Below are positions 10,145 to 20,000 of a stretch of DNA of 20,000 nt, one piece after another (the first letter of the stretch is position 1; every line of letters begins with the position of its first letter). The translations under genes and the position numbers were made by a program. Source of the DNA: Cladosporium halotolerans (taxonomy: Eukaryota); assembly GCF_011745625.1 (NCBI RefSeq), contig NW_027191474.1:371143-391142 (forward strand), in the 5' to 3' direction. Below the pieces are notes generated by a model. That model made no database searches, was not told the DNA's origin, and worked only from the letters and a program-made list of their open reading frames with translations.

Positions 10145-12189
10145 TCATTCGCAATCCAATCCGATGTAGCAGCTCAGAGAATTGCGTCTCGTTCCATGCT
10201 CCATCTCTTGCACTCTCTGCATGATAGTCTCCCGCGCTTTCGCTGCCGCGCCGGGAAACTTCAACGCGATGTGATCCACGACCCTGAGTATCTCATCGAT
10301 TAATCCTCGAACGCGTTCGCGGTCGGCTTCGTGCATTTGGTTTCGAAGCAGCGTCAGCATTCGCGCCGAAGTGCATGCAACGGGCAGTAAGAACGGATTG
10401 TTGAGTGCGAGGAGATTTCCCTTCAGCGCATTGCTGAACGCGGTGGCGGCGCTTGTTGCGGCCCTGACACATTCGGTATCTATTTTGGCCGACCCGCCTG
10501 GCGATGAAGTTTCCAAGCACTTGCACAGGCCGAGCGTGCTCGGCCCAGGCGGATGGAGCATCAGGAGTTTGGAGCATTGTGTCAGCATCTTGAGCCACAG
10601 TCGCATTAACGAGGTGGTGGGTCCAGTGGCTTCGCCTGTGGCGGAGGCGGCGTAGCAGAATGTGTTGAGCACACTCTCTAGTGTCCGAAGCTTTCCCAGA
10701 TGCTGTTCTTCGGTGATCTCCTCGTCATGGCGGATGCTGTTTTGAATGGCCAAAGCGCGGCCTAGAATGACTGAGACTTTCAGAACGTGTTCGAAAGAGG
10801 GCTTCATTACCATGGCGGATGTGGCGTTTCCATTGAGCAGGTCAAACGCTTCTGAAGTGTAGCATTCCCGAAGATACTCAACATCCTCGATCTGAGGTTC
10901 TGCATCAGCAATGCTGTGTTAAAACTCATGCTCAGACCATGACTTACCGAATTTTGAGCTTCCTGGAACTCCTCGTCCGGGAGCGGGAAGTCGACGTGGA
11001 AATATCGGTCGTCCATGGACAAAGCAAGGCCGTTGACAGAGACAATGAGGCGGTCGAGTAGTGCCAAGCACCACATGCATTTACGGCGCTCTTCCACCTC
11101 TATGTCAGAGCGAGACTTGAGCTCCGATTCCATCCTTGCTGTCCGTCGTTTACTATCGATGCGATCCAGGCCAAGTGCACTCGTGAGTTGCGCAGCGCGA
11201 CCCAGCAGAAGCCACGCATTTGTGACATCTCCCCTGCAGTAAGCGTCGAAGACCATCCACACGGAAGCCTGCAGCATGTTGGTGGTGTTGGTTCTCACTC
11301 GCGTTGTGCTCATGAGCTCGAGCTTCGCATGTGCGGTCTGCATCCAGGTACGATATTGAGCCTGCATGGACTCCGACTTATTGCAGGAGCAGTACAACGC
11401 GAGGATGACCCAAAGAAACGGCCCGGAACTCAGGCCGACCATATCTTTGGAAAGTCTCGTCATGAAAGACTCCCGGTGTACTGAAGGTAGGAGCTGGTGC
11501 TGAGCGGAGAAGAAACTGTTGACCATGTCTAAAACACGTTCTCGGCTGGGTAGCTGAGTCTGACAGGCTTCATTCGGCAGTGTTGTAGTACTTGGAGGTG
11601 CTGGAAGATATGACTGCCAATTGTCTATGGCTCCAAAGGGGGCATCGGACGAATGTTCAAATGCAGATGCGTCCACGTCGAACTCTGGCGAAGACATGTC
11701 GAGCTGCGCAGGGAATTGCTGCATCCATCCCAAGGTTTGTCGCTGTCGTGGTAGAGCGTCGTTGAAGTTGTACGACATCTCTGAAGAGCCACTGGAGTCC
11801 GAGGTCAGGGGACCCGCCATGCCAACAGAATGTTGTCTGGAGTCCGTGTCGCCGGCGAGATACCGACTCAGATCGTAGCCGAACGATACTGACGCATCCG
11901 TTTGCGAGGGGCCCTCATTTGTGCGGATATGCCCAATGTCTCTGGGCACCGAATGGAACATTACACCGGAATCAGGAGCGTGCGGGCTGCGAATCGCATA
12001 TATGCAACGGAATCGTGCTTTCTGACATAGGGAGCACGACGGCAAGCGGCCCTTTGCATACATCACTGGTCAGCGAGGCGGGTTTCTGCGGGAAAATAGA
12101 CGTCTTCGTACATCGCACCGCCGCTTTCGTGCCCGACACATTTCGCAAGCGGTCTTCCTGCCCTTTCCCAGAGGCGTCGGCAGCGACAT
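10145..12189 (-). CDS. Zn(II)2Cys6 fungal transcription factor with fungal-specific middle homology region; exons 12189-12112, 12051-10948, 10891-10145
   Basis: Removing intron 12111-12052 yields a complete binuclear cluster CEMCRARKRRCDGRLPSCSLCQKARFRC (Cx2Cx6Cx6Cx2Cx6C). Middle region has LPSVHRESF, AW...GRA.QL...LGL and EERRKCMWCL..LDR. Intron 10947-10892 (GTAAGT...GCTGAT...CAG) joins the two long ORFs in frame. Confidence 0.93.
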
Positions 12190-13329
12190 GATGGAGCGGA
12201 TGCGGCGCTTCACCGCAGGGTAGGAGGCGTGGCACAGAGGATCAAGAGCGTTATGGGTTGTCGCGGGTGAGGCGCCGCGGTGGCGGGCAGAGGCGTGGTC
12301 AAGCACAGGGAGGATTCCGTTCCCGGCGGTCGTAAAGAGGCAACATCTTATTCTCGTTCCTGATCATGACACGCTACGCAGTACGAGGAAGGCCTGAACA
12401 GGCGAAGGCAGCCGCACGTTGGTCGTGCAGCGGGGGGATCCGCGTCTGGCCCCCGGCTGCGCGATGCGGCAATTTGTGGGTCCCGCAGGGAGTCTGGCCT
12501 ATCGCTCGCCGTCTTCAACGACACCCTCGGCCTCAGCTGAAGCAGACTTATTCGCGGAAGGCTAATCCCCCCGGAGGCAGCGCGTGCTGTCGGATGGGGA
12601 CGAAGCTCTGGCTAACAACGTCTATATCAAAGGGGCCGTTCGTCCCTCTCGACATCTCGCGACGGGGCTGCGCTGTACCGCGGTTGCAGAGCACGACGGG
12701 CGACTTCCACAACTGCCGCTTCGACGGAGACGGCCATCCTCCCTCCGGACCGCAATCCATCCCCATTCCTCCAGGATCCTCCTGCAGTTCAGCCTCTCAG
12801 CCTTAGCACATTTAAACCCTGCCCCCGTTCCTCTTCCGTCATGTTGGGACTAGTCGCCTGCATCCTTCGCGCGTACGCCTCGCTTCTTTACATGCGCGTA
12901 CGCACTGCAGACGGATCGTGCGTAGATTTCTGAGTCACTTCGGGGGCCTCAGAGTACCTGCCTGTCCTATTAGGCCGGTCGATAAGAAGTTGGGGCCCTC
13001 AATCACATGTTCAGCCTTTCTGCCAAGGGATTCACAAGCGGTGACGATCGTTGGAGGTCGCTAGAACCAGATGCGGCGCGGGAACGGCATATTATTCTTC
13101 CACGTGCAAAAACATGGACCACGTTCAGGTATGGCCTTATACACTAGCTCTCTTGGTATCCCCGGCAGCATGCAATGTGACCCATCCCGGTCGGCCTAAT
13201 TGGAGAAGCCGAGCCACCGATTGGGGGTACAGCTGACAAGGTAGCGAGAAGAAAAAGCTAATGTGTCTGGCCGGTTTCCAACTAGGAGAGATTTGCACAT
13301 TTCAATCTAATCGTCACAGCGCTCGCTAA

Positions 13330-14450
13330 TCAGAAAGCTTGATCCCCAACCACCTGCGTCAAGAAAGCTGCGTCGACAACGGGCGGACTGATCTGCAGGG
13401 CCGCTCGAGCTTTACCAAGGCTTGTCGCGCCGTCAATGGCGAACGGCCGCCACCCAGCGTCCCACCACTCCTCCAGTACGTCGGCCTGCAGAATCATCTC
13501 GGCATTGCCATCTGCGCGCAATGCTGAGAACCACTCCTGCGGCGAAGCTAAGCGAACACGTGGACCCAGCAGACTGGCCAGCTCAGCGTACGTCCAGTGC
13601 TGCGTTGCAGTCAGATGGTGGATCGCAGGTCTGGCCTTCTCCCCTGTCGCCTCGGCTGCAAGGGCACGCATTGCCCGCACGAGGAAGGATGCGTCAATCC
13701 AGCTCATGCCGCCGCCTACGCTACTACCGAAATCTGGCACTAGACCGGTGAGTAAGCTGCCGGCCAGGATTCGTCGGTTGATGTCGGTCCTGGGTAGCGG
13801 ACAACCTAAGTCTTGAGCCGGCGCGCACATGCAGGAACGGAAAATAGAACACGGTATTCCCTTCTCAGCGGCCGCAGCCAGCAATTGCTCCGCGACCCAG
13901 CGAATCTTCAGGTAACCGAGGTTCTGAGTCTGGCCTGGCCGTATGTGCGACATAGGAACTGGCTGGGTAGAGATGAGGTCTGGCGTGCGCGAAGTGGAGT
14001 TCCACGCTTGGAGATGTGGAACCGCCCACGTTGACAGGTAGTGCAGCTCTTTCACATTACCAAACTTGCCGCCCGCTAACTCGATCAGGAAACGGAGGGA
14101 GCCGATGTTGCTACGTCGCAAGGAATCGTAACCCTTGAGCAACGACACGTCAGACTCCAGATGCCAAATCTCCGATAGCTCCATGTCGAGAGCGCGGATC
14201 TCGGACTCCTGCAGGCCCAGTGACGGGTGCGCAAGATCGCCGTTGTATGTGTAATGCGGCTGAAGTGCTGTGGCGTGAGGTCCGTATCCAGTTTCCAGGT
14301 AGAGAGGGCAGATATAATTTGTGCTCTGCCTTCTTCCTTCTCCGATCCGGGCACGGCAAGGCAGTGAATCTGCACATCGCTTTCCTGTAGTATGTGCGCC
14401 AGTAAGTGTGCTCCTATCATACTCGTCGCACCAGTGAGAGCAATAGCGGA
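13330..14450 (-). other. Terminal reductase-like (R/R*) SDR domain, degenerate and frameshifted
   Basis: IALTGATSMIGAHLL, then after a frame change YNGDLAHPSLGL, YDSLRRSNIGS, LHYLST, GYLKIRWVAEQLL, IFR; this follows the layout of NRPS terminal reductase domains. Confidence 0.82.
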
Positions 14451-17400
14451 CCGGCGAGAGTTCTTCGGTCCGGGCAGGCTAGCCCAGTCCCAGTCTGTGG
14501 GAAGTGTTATTTCGGTCTCCCAATCGATGGCCTTCGAATTTGAGCGAGGCTGTGACTTAGGGTCTGGGCTTTCGAAGTCAGAGATGGCTTCGTTGGAATC
14601 TCGGTCGTTGCCATGATCCATGAAAATCCAGCTATTGGGGCTTGACTGTTCCGTCTCAGGTGAAAGCAGTGCTGCCATTCCCTGAATATCCGGATACGCG
14701 AACATATCAGCAAGGGAGACATCGATGCCATGCATCGCGTATATCGAAGTCCGGACCCTCAGAAGTAAGATAGAAGATCCGCCTGCACTGAAAAAATCAG
14801 TGTCACGCCACATCTCCCTGTCGGTGCCTAGGACTTCATTCCAGATTCGCGCGATGAACCTTTCGTTGTCGCTTTGCAGCTCCTGCTGCCCAGTTGAAGG
14901 TTGGCTCTCCTTGATGCTGACATCCCAAGAAAGCAGAGTCTTGTAGTCCAGCTTGCCGGTGGCGGTTTTCGGCAGATCAGTGACAAACTTGATGTCGTTC
15001 GGTACCATGTGAACCGCGAGTGAGGCCTTCAATCTCGCCTTTAGGAACTTCTCCACTTCCGCCTGTATAGCAATGTCGACTTCAACGCACTCGACAAAGG
15101 CAACCAGCCAACCGTGCAGATCGTTTTTTGGGTAGTACACCACACCGGTCAAGCTAGATTTAAAGCCTGAGGCTTCGCCCAGCTGGGCTAGTGCGGTGTA
15201 CAGGACACTTTCGACTTCATCCAGCTCCACGCGCATTCCTCTGATCTTCACCTGTCTGTTTCCTGATATGCGCCCGAGGGCTCTCAGGTCACCGTTAGGC
15301 TCCAAGCAGAACATGTCGCCTGTACGATACAGTACGGAGGTGTTGCCAGCCTGCCCATTTGGAGTGCTGTCGGCCGCGAAGGGCGCAGAAACGAACGAGC
15401 TCTCGGTCAGTTCAGGCCGCTTGATGTACCCATTGTTAACAGTCGGTCCTCCGATGTAGAGCTCGCCCGGGACACCGACGGGTGTTTTGCGACCTTGGCT
15501 GTCAAGAATATAGAATTGCGCGGGAGCGAGCGGAGGACTCAGTGGTAGGAAGTCTCCCATAGCATCTTGAGGTATGCAACGACGGAGAGAGTTGATGATT
15601 GTAGTTTCAGTTGGTGCGTAGCCATTGAACAGGCTCGCATGTGGTAGGCCCAGCGAGAAAAACTGCGTCAAGACCCAGGACGGCACAGGCTCGCCGCCGA
15701 GAGTCAAGCTGCGCAGCGTCTTCCATTGGGCTAGCGAAGTCTGATTTGGCGCACGGAGCATGAGTTTCAGCTGTGTTGGTGTGAAGATGCAGTTGGTGAT
15801 CTTCTGGCGAAGCACCAGCTCGTTCATCATCTCCGCAGAGTAGCGCTCTGTCGTTCAAGTCAGTTTAGAATGAACATAAGGGGCGAAACAGTCATCAGTC
15901 ACCTTCTCGCGTTGCGATGACGAGTGTTGCGCCATGCAGAATGGTACCAAATACTGAATGCAATGACATGTCGAATATGAGAGCCGAAGAAAGCAGCATT
16001 CGATCGGACTCTCTTGTCCCGAGGGTCTCATGATACTGTTCTCCCTGGTAACGAAGTTGCTCATGTCCGATGTAGACACCCTTCGGTCTGATCATACAGA
16101 AGTATGGGTTAGTGTATTGTCATATCGGCAGTAGCAGTAGGGCTAGAACTGACCTTCCAGTAGAACCACTGGTAAAGAGTGCGCATAATACATCGCCGAT
16201 GTGGGTTGACTCCAGCGGCACAGCCGTGCTCTCAATTCTCACAGGCTCTGTCATTTTCTGCACCTCTCGAAGATCGACGACGCCAGCTGAGATCAACTTC
16301 TGTTTCATCACCTTTGAGGCGTTGTTGACGATCACTGTAGTCAAGCCTGTATCCTCAGCGATGCTTGTAACTCGATCCACGGGAAAGTCCGGGTCAATCG
16401 GCACCACGATGCAGCGAGCGCGAAGAATGCCGTATACTGCAACGATCATCTGGATACTCGGCTCGCAGCAGACACCAATGCATTCCTGCGCAGAAATGTC
16501 GCTTCTTAACAGAGACTGCGCCATCGCTTTGGTGGCTTCTCCCAGATCTTTGTATGACATCGTGGTGCTACCATCAACCAGAGCTTGTTGATTTGGATTT
16601 CTCGCCACGTGGTGTTCGAAGAGATCGGTGAAGAGATTTTGTCTCATATCCTCGGGACTTTTGCCTTCTGGCATCGCGGGCTCCAGGAGCTGCGAGATCA
16701 TCTGCAAGTCCCGCGGTGATGCGAAAACTAGTTCACCCAGATTTTGGTCCGCGCCCGCGATCACCTGCTCAACGTGGAATGCGTACATCTGCGCAAATTT
16801 TTCGGCCACGTCCTCTCGATACAGAGCAGCATCGAAATCAAAATGCAGTTCCATCGCGCCATCCGCAGATTCTTCGACTTCGAGGGCTATGTCAGTCTGC
16901 GTGCGCGCGTTATAGTGATCGTAGGCAGTGAACTTAAAGTCACCGAAGTCAGGCTTCGGGAAGGCGCCCTGAGATTGATAGTTGACCACTATCTGGAAGA
17001 TCGGGTTGTGGCTGGTCTTGCGAGGCACGTTGAGCACCTGAAGTAGGTAGTCGAAGGGTACATCGCGATGTTCGTACGCTTGCAAGCAAGTGTTTCGAAG
17101 GTCCTCCAGCAGTGCAGAACAAGTGCGATCTTGCGAGAACTTCATCCTGAGGGGAAGCATGTTGACTGTGAATCCGACCATACGATCGAAAGCTGTATGG
17201 CCGCGATCACCGTCAGCAATGCCGATGACGATATCATCGTCTCCAGTCAGCTCATGCACAAGGCTGCTCATGATGAAGGTCGTGAACATGAATGGTGTTA
17301 CAGCATGAGTCGCACAGAAGTCTTTCAGCCTTTTTGCGTCGCTGGGATTCAAGAAAGCTTTGGACGAACAAGCCTTCTGTTGTTTCACGGCGGGTCGCTC

Positions 17401-20000
17401 AGCGATTCGGCTCAAACGCAGCAGCGAGACACAATCTGGTATGTCTTGCAACTGAGTCTGCCAATACTCGACGTGTGGCCGAATCAGCTCTTTGGTCTCA
17501 ATCATCTCATTTTGCCAAATTGTGTAGTCGATGAACTGCAAAGGATCCTCTTGCAAAGACTGATCAGAGTTCTTGCCGTCGATGAGATTCTTGTAGATTT
17601 GCGGAAGCTCTTCGAAGATCGTGGCAACTGAGCCTCTATCCCAGGCAAGGTGGTGTGACGCCATGTAGAATCGAGAGCCTGCCGGGCTGACCAAGAGCCA
17701 GCCACGAACGAGTGCTCCCTTAGAAGGATCAAAGATATGTCCGCGTGCCATTGAAGTCAGTCGTTCGTCCTCTCCAACGAATTCGGCAGCCGAGCAATGG
17801 ATCTCAGTCATGGAAAATGTCGAATGCTTTGCTGGTATCTGCACCCAGCCTGATCCGGAAGCCACAATGCAGGTCCGCAGTGCTTCGTGTCTCATTACCA
17901 AAGCATTCCAAGATTGCTGCAAGACTCCAGTATTAACGCTTCCTTCGATATGACAAGTCAGAAGCAGGTTGTATAACGTTTTGTCAGTGAGGAAATTGTG
18001 TAGGAACCATAACCGACTCTGCGAGTGGGACAATGCTCGTGAGGTAAGATCATCCGACGTGTGTCTCTTGGGATCGGGAACCTTTGGGAGATTCTTCTCT
18101 TGATCAACCTTTCTGACACGAGTCAGAGATTTCGAAATCATCGCGTCGATTGAACGCGAACCCAAGACATCGAAAATTGGTACGTCAAGGCCGAGCTGTT
18201 GAAAGAACCAAAATCGACAGGCTACGGCATTGAGAGAATCGACACCGTAAGCAGCGATTGCCTGCGTAGGATCGAGCTTCGATACCGGATACCCGAGCAG
18301 CCCTGACAGGAAGCCCAGAAATGCTGTACAAAGAAGATCGTGTGCAGTCGGTTCATCGACCATCGCGAGTCTCTGAACCAAGGGAACAGCCGCGTCGGAG
18401 TCGTCGCTTCTCTTGGGTTCGTGCTCGAAGAGATGGCTGAACTCTGGGAATCCTTCCCAGAAGACCTGTCCCTGAGTGGTTTTTGTCTTGGCGGAGGCCT
18501 TAGCCGCAGGAAACGTTTCAAACCCGGTGACCAGCAAGTATCTGTCCTGATGCTTGGACTCGTGCACCGCAGCCTCCACAATCTGCAAGAACTCATTTGC
18601 GGTCAGTAGACGGAGGCCGCTTTTTTGTAACGTGCGAAGGGTATCAGCATCTTCTGCAAGTGTGCCGACGCCTTCCATGGCACCAAGAGCGATTGAAATG
18701 GCCGGAAGCCCAAGTGCTCTCCTGTGTTCGGCCATAGCGTTTTGGAAGGCGTTGCCAGATGCATAGGCCGCTTGCGTTCTGTTGCCAGAGATTGAGGAGA
18801 CGGACGAGAACATGATGAAGAAATCGAGGTCATCCTGTAAAGTGGCCTCATGTAGGGATATTGCGGTGTCAACTTTGTGGCGTATTCCGAGATCCCATTG
18901 AGTTGAAGTCATCGTTGAGAAAGGCGAGTTGTCGAGGATTAGCGCCATGTTGAAGCACCCGCTGATCGGCAGTACCGCACGCAATGTGGAAATTGCCTCC
19001 TGAACAGCCTGCGCGTTTCCTGCATCCGCTTTGATGGCTCGGATTGTTCCGCCAAGTGCTTCGATCTTTTTCATCGTAGTCTGGGCGCTTTTCGAAGATG
19101 CACCACTCCTGCTGATGACTGCGAAATTTCGAGCGCCATGCTTGAGCATCCATTCCATGAGAAGCAAGCCCAAGCCACCAAAGCCACCAATGAGAACGTA
19201 GAAAGCGTCTTCACGGAACAGTCCAAAGGAGCTGGTGTGTCTGAATTCTTGAAGGGCATGAAGATCGTGTCTATGGTTCAAGGCGATCATATCGCCCGTT
19301 TGAGCAGCATGATTCAGGGCTTCTTGCACATTGTCCATCGTGTATTGCGGCAGAATCGCTTCGTGATCCACGACCGAGATCCAAGCTCTTACCAGAGAGC
19401 TGTTGAATTTGTTCTTGGAAACGGCCGACTTGACATCGACTGTCCTCTCATTCAGCGTGAAGCCAGCCTTCGACACGAAATCCAGATCAAAATCGACGGC
19501 TTGACGCTTGTCGTCGACAACATGGCATCCAAGAGAGCGAGCCACATGCTCGAAAGCACTTGTACTGTTGTTCAGGAAGGATATTCGAACGACATCGTCT
19601 GTTCTGACTCTTGCGACCTGGGTCAAAATCGCGTGCGCGATTGTATGAGCCGCCAGTGATAGCAAAGTCTTGTTAGCATCCTGTGGCCTTTGAATCTCCA
19701 AAACGTTGTCTGCAGGTACTCGTAGTCTCTTGACATGGCAGCCAGGTTGGTATCCAACGTACAGCTTATCTCCACCGACCGCTGAGCCGAGGAAGAATTG
19801 ACCTGGGCGGTACGTGGCAGCCTTGTGGGAAAAGGCGTCCTCCACGTCTACAACATCCATGATGGAGATCTTAACCTCGAGGTCAACAAGGTTTCGTCTA
19901 GCTCAGAGGTGTGCATAATCAATCAATTCAAGTTTCAGGGCCCTGACTTGATTGATTGCCAAGGATTTTTCAGATTGATTGATTGCTTACTTCACATCGA
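13330..20000 (-). CDS. Hybrid PKS-NRPS, C-terminal part only (degenerate ER - KR - ACP - C - A - T - R-like); 5' part lies beyond the window; apparent frameshift at ~14250
   Basis: KR GGFGGLG / FSSVS / QAAYASGN; ACP YGVDSL; C SHHLAWDR; A FTSGSTGRPKG (across intron 16153-16088), FDMS, NGYAPTE, YRTGD, QVKIRGMRVELDEVE, LPKTATGKLD; T DFFSAGGSS; R-like IALTGAT..G, GDL...LGL. Further introns at 15902-15848 and probably 19990-19898 (all three frames contain stops there; splicing GTAAGC...TAG gives DVKRNLVDLEVKI). Confidence 0.95.
14660..14880 (-). other. Thiolation (PCP) domain (approximate bounds); Ser codon at 14774-14772
   Basis: IW.EVLG...DFFSAGGSSILL...VSLADMF.YP.I..MA.LL pattern. Confidence 0.88.
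14930..16630 (-). other. Adenylation (A) domain, split by two introns (approximate bounds)
   Basis: Core motifs A1 (MSYKDL), A3 (FTSGSTGRPKG), A4 (FDMS), A5 (NGYAPTE), A6 (GELYIGG), A7 (YRTGD), A8 (QVKIRG.RVEL.EVE), A10 (TGKLD). Confidence 0.92.
16750..18035 (-). other. Condensation (C) domain (approximate bounds)
   Basis: LSHSQSRLWFL, RHEALRT, HHLAWD, VGFTVNMLPLR, VPFDYLL, SHNPIFQ motifs. Confidence 0.9.
18110..18345 (-). other. Acyl carrier protein domain (approximate bounds); phosphopantetheinyl Ser codon at 18237-18235
   Basis: AYGVDSLNAVACRFWFFQQLGLDVPIFDVLG matches the fungal PKS-NRPS ACP pattern GVDSL.A...R.WF. Confidence 0.9.
18550..19220 (-). other. Ketoreductase (KR) domain of the PKS-NRPS, apparently catalytically intact (approximate bounds)
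   Basis: FREDAFYVLIGGFGGLG Rossmann motif; Lys (RHKVD), Ser (FSSVS) and Tyr/Asn (YASGN) catalytic residues present. Confidence 0.88.

Noticed and set aside
8597..12088. Exact 14-mer GAGGCGGGTTTCTG shared by the divergent promoter (8597-8610) and TF intron 1 (12075-12088)
   Set aside because: About one exact 14-mer match is expected by chance in 20 kb (~2e8 position pairs / 4^14 = 2.7e8), so it is not significant without conservation data.
12190..13329. 146-aa ORF 12366-12806 and other short ORFs between the TF and the PKS-NRPS
   Set aside because: Arg/Pro/Ser-rich composition without domain features; likely non-coding TF promoter and PKS-NRPS 3' region.
13330..14184. 284-aa ORF as an independent SDR/reductase gene
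   Set aside because: It lacks the N-terminal Rossmann strand, which lies in the upstream overlapping ORF; the two parts form one R domain joined by a 1-nt frame change.
19858..19860. ATG at 19860 as the start of a stand-alone KR-ACP-C-A-T-R protein lacking KS/AT
   Set aside because: The frame extends upstream to a plausible acceptor at 19898 and a strong GTAAGC donor at 19990 restores frame, so the gene most likely continues beyond the window.
1..20000. Transposons, RIP-degraded repeats, tRNA/rRNA genes, CRISPR arrays, RiPP precursor repeats
   Set aside because: No transposase/RT motifs, long AT-rich tracts, structural RNA signatures, spacer-repeat arrays or KR-delimited core-peptide repeats were seen by eye.

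Overview
Intron-containing fungal (filamentous ascomycete) genomic DNA with seven protein-coding genes. Left to right: a 5'-truncated Pex22-like peroxin (+), a cytochrome P450 (-), a secreted-type gamma-glutamyltranspeptidase (-), a 14-TMS MFS efflux pump (-) divergently paired with a stand-alone thioesterase (+), a Zn(II)2Cys6 transcription factor (-), and the 3' ~6.7 kb of a hybrid PKS-NRPS (-; degenerate ER, KR, ACP, C, A, T and a terminal R-like domain) that runs off the right edge. The right ~13.5 kb looks like one arm of a secondary-metabolite cluster. The most notable point is that the terminal R-like domain has degenerate NAD(P)H-binding and catalytic motifs and an apparent 1-nt frameshift (~14250), while a free-standing Ser-Asp-His thioesterase is encoded nearby. 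This suggests product release in trans, as in pyranonigrin-type systems. The P450 + GGT pair at the cluster edge may or may not belong to the pathway. All gene models were spliced by hand from GT-AG/branch signals and frame continuity; no database search was run.
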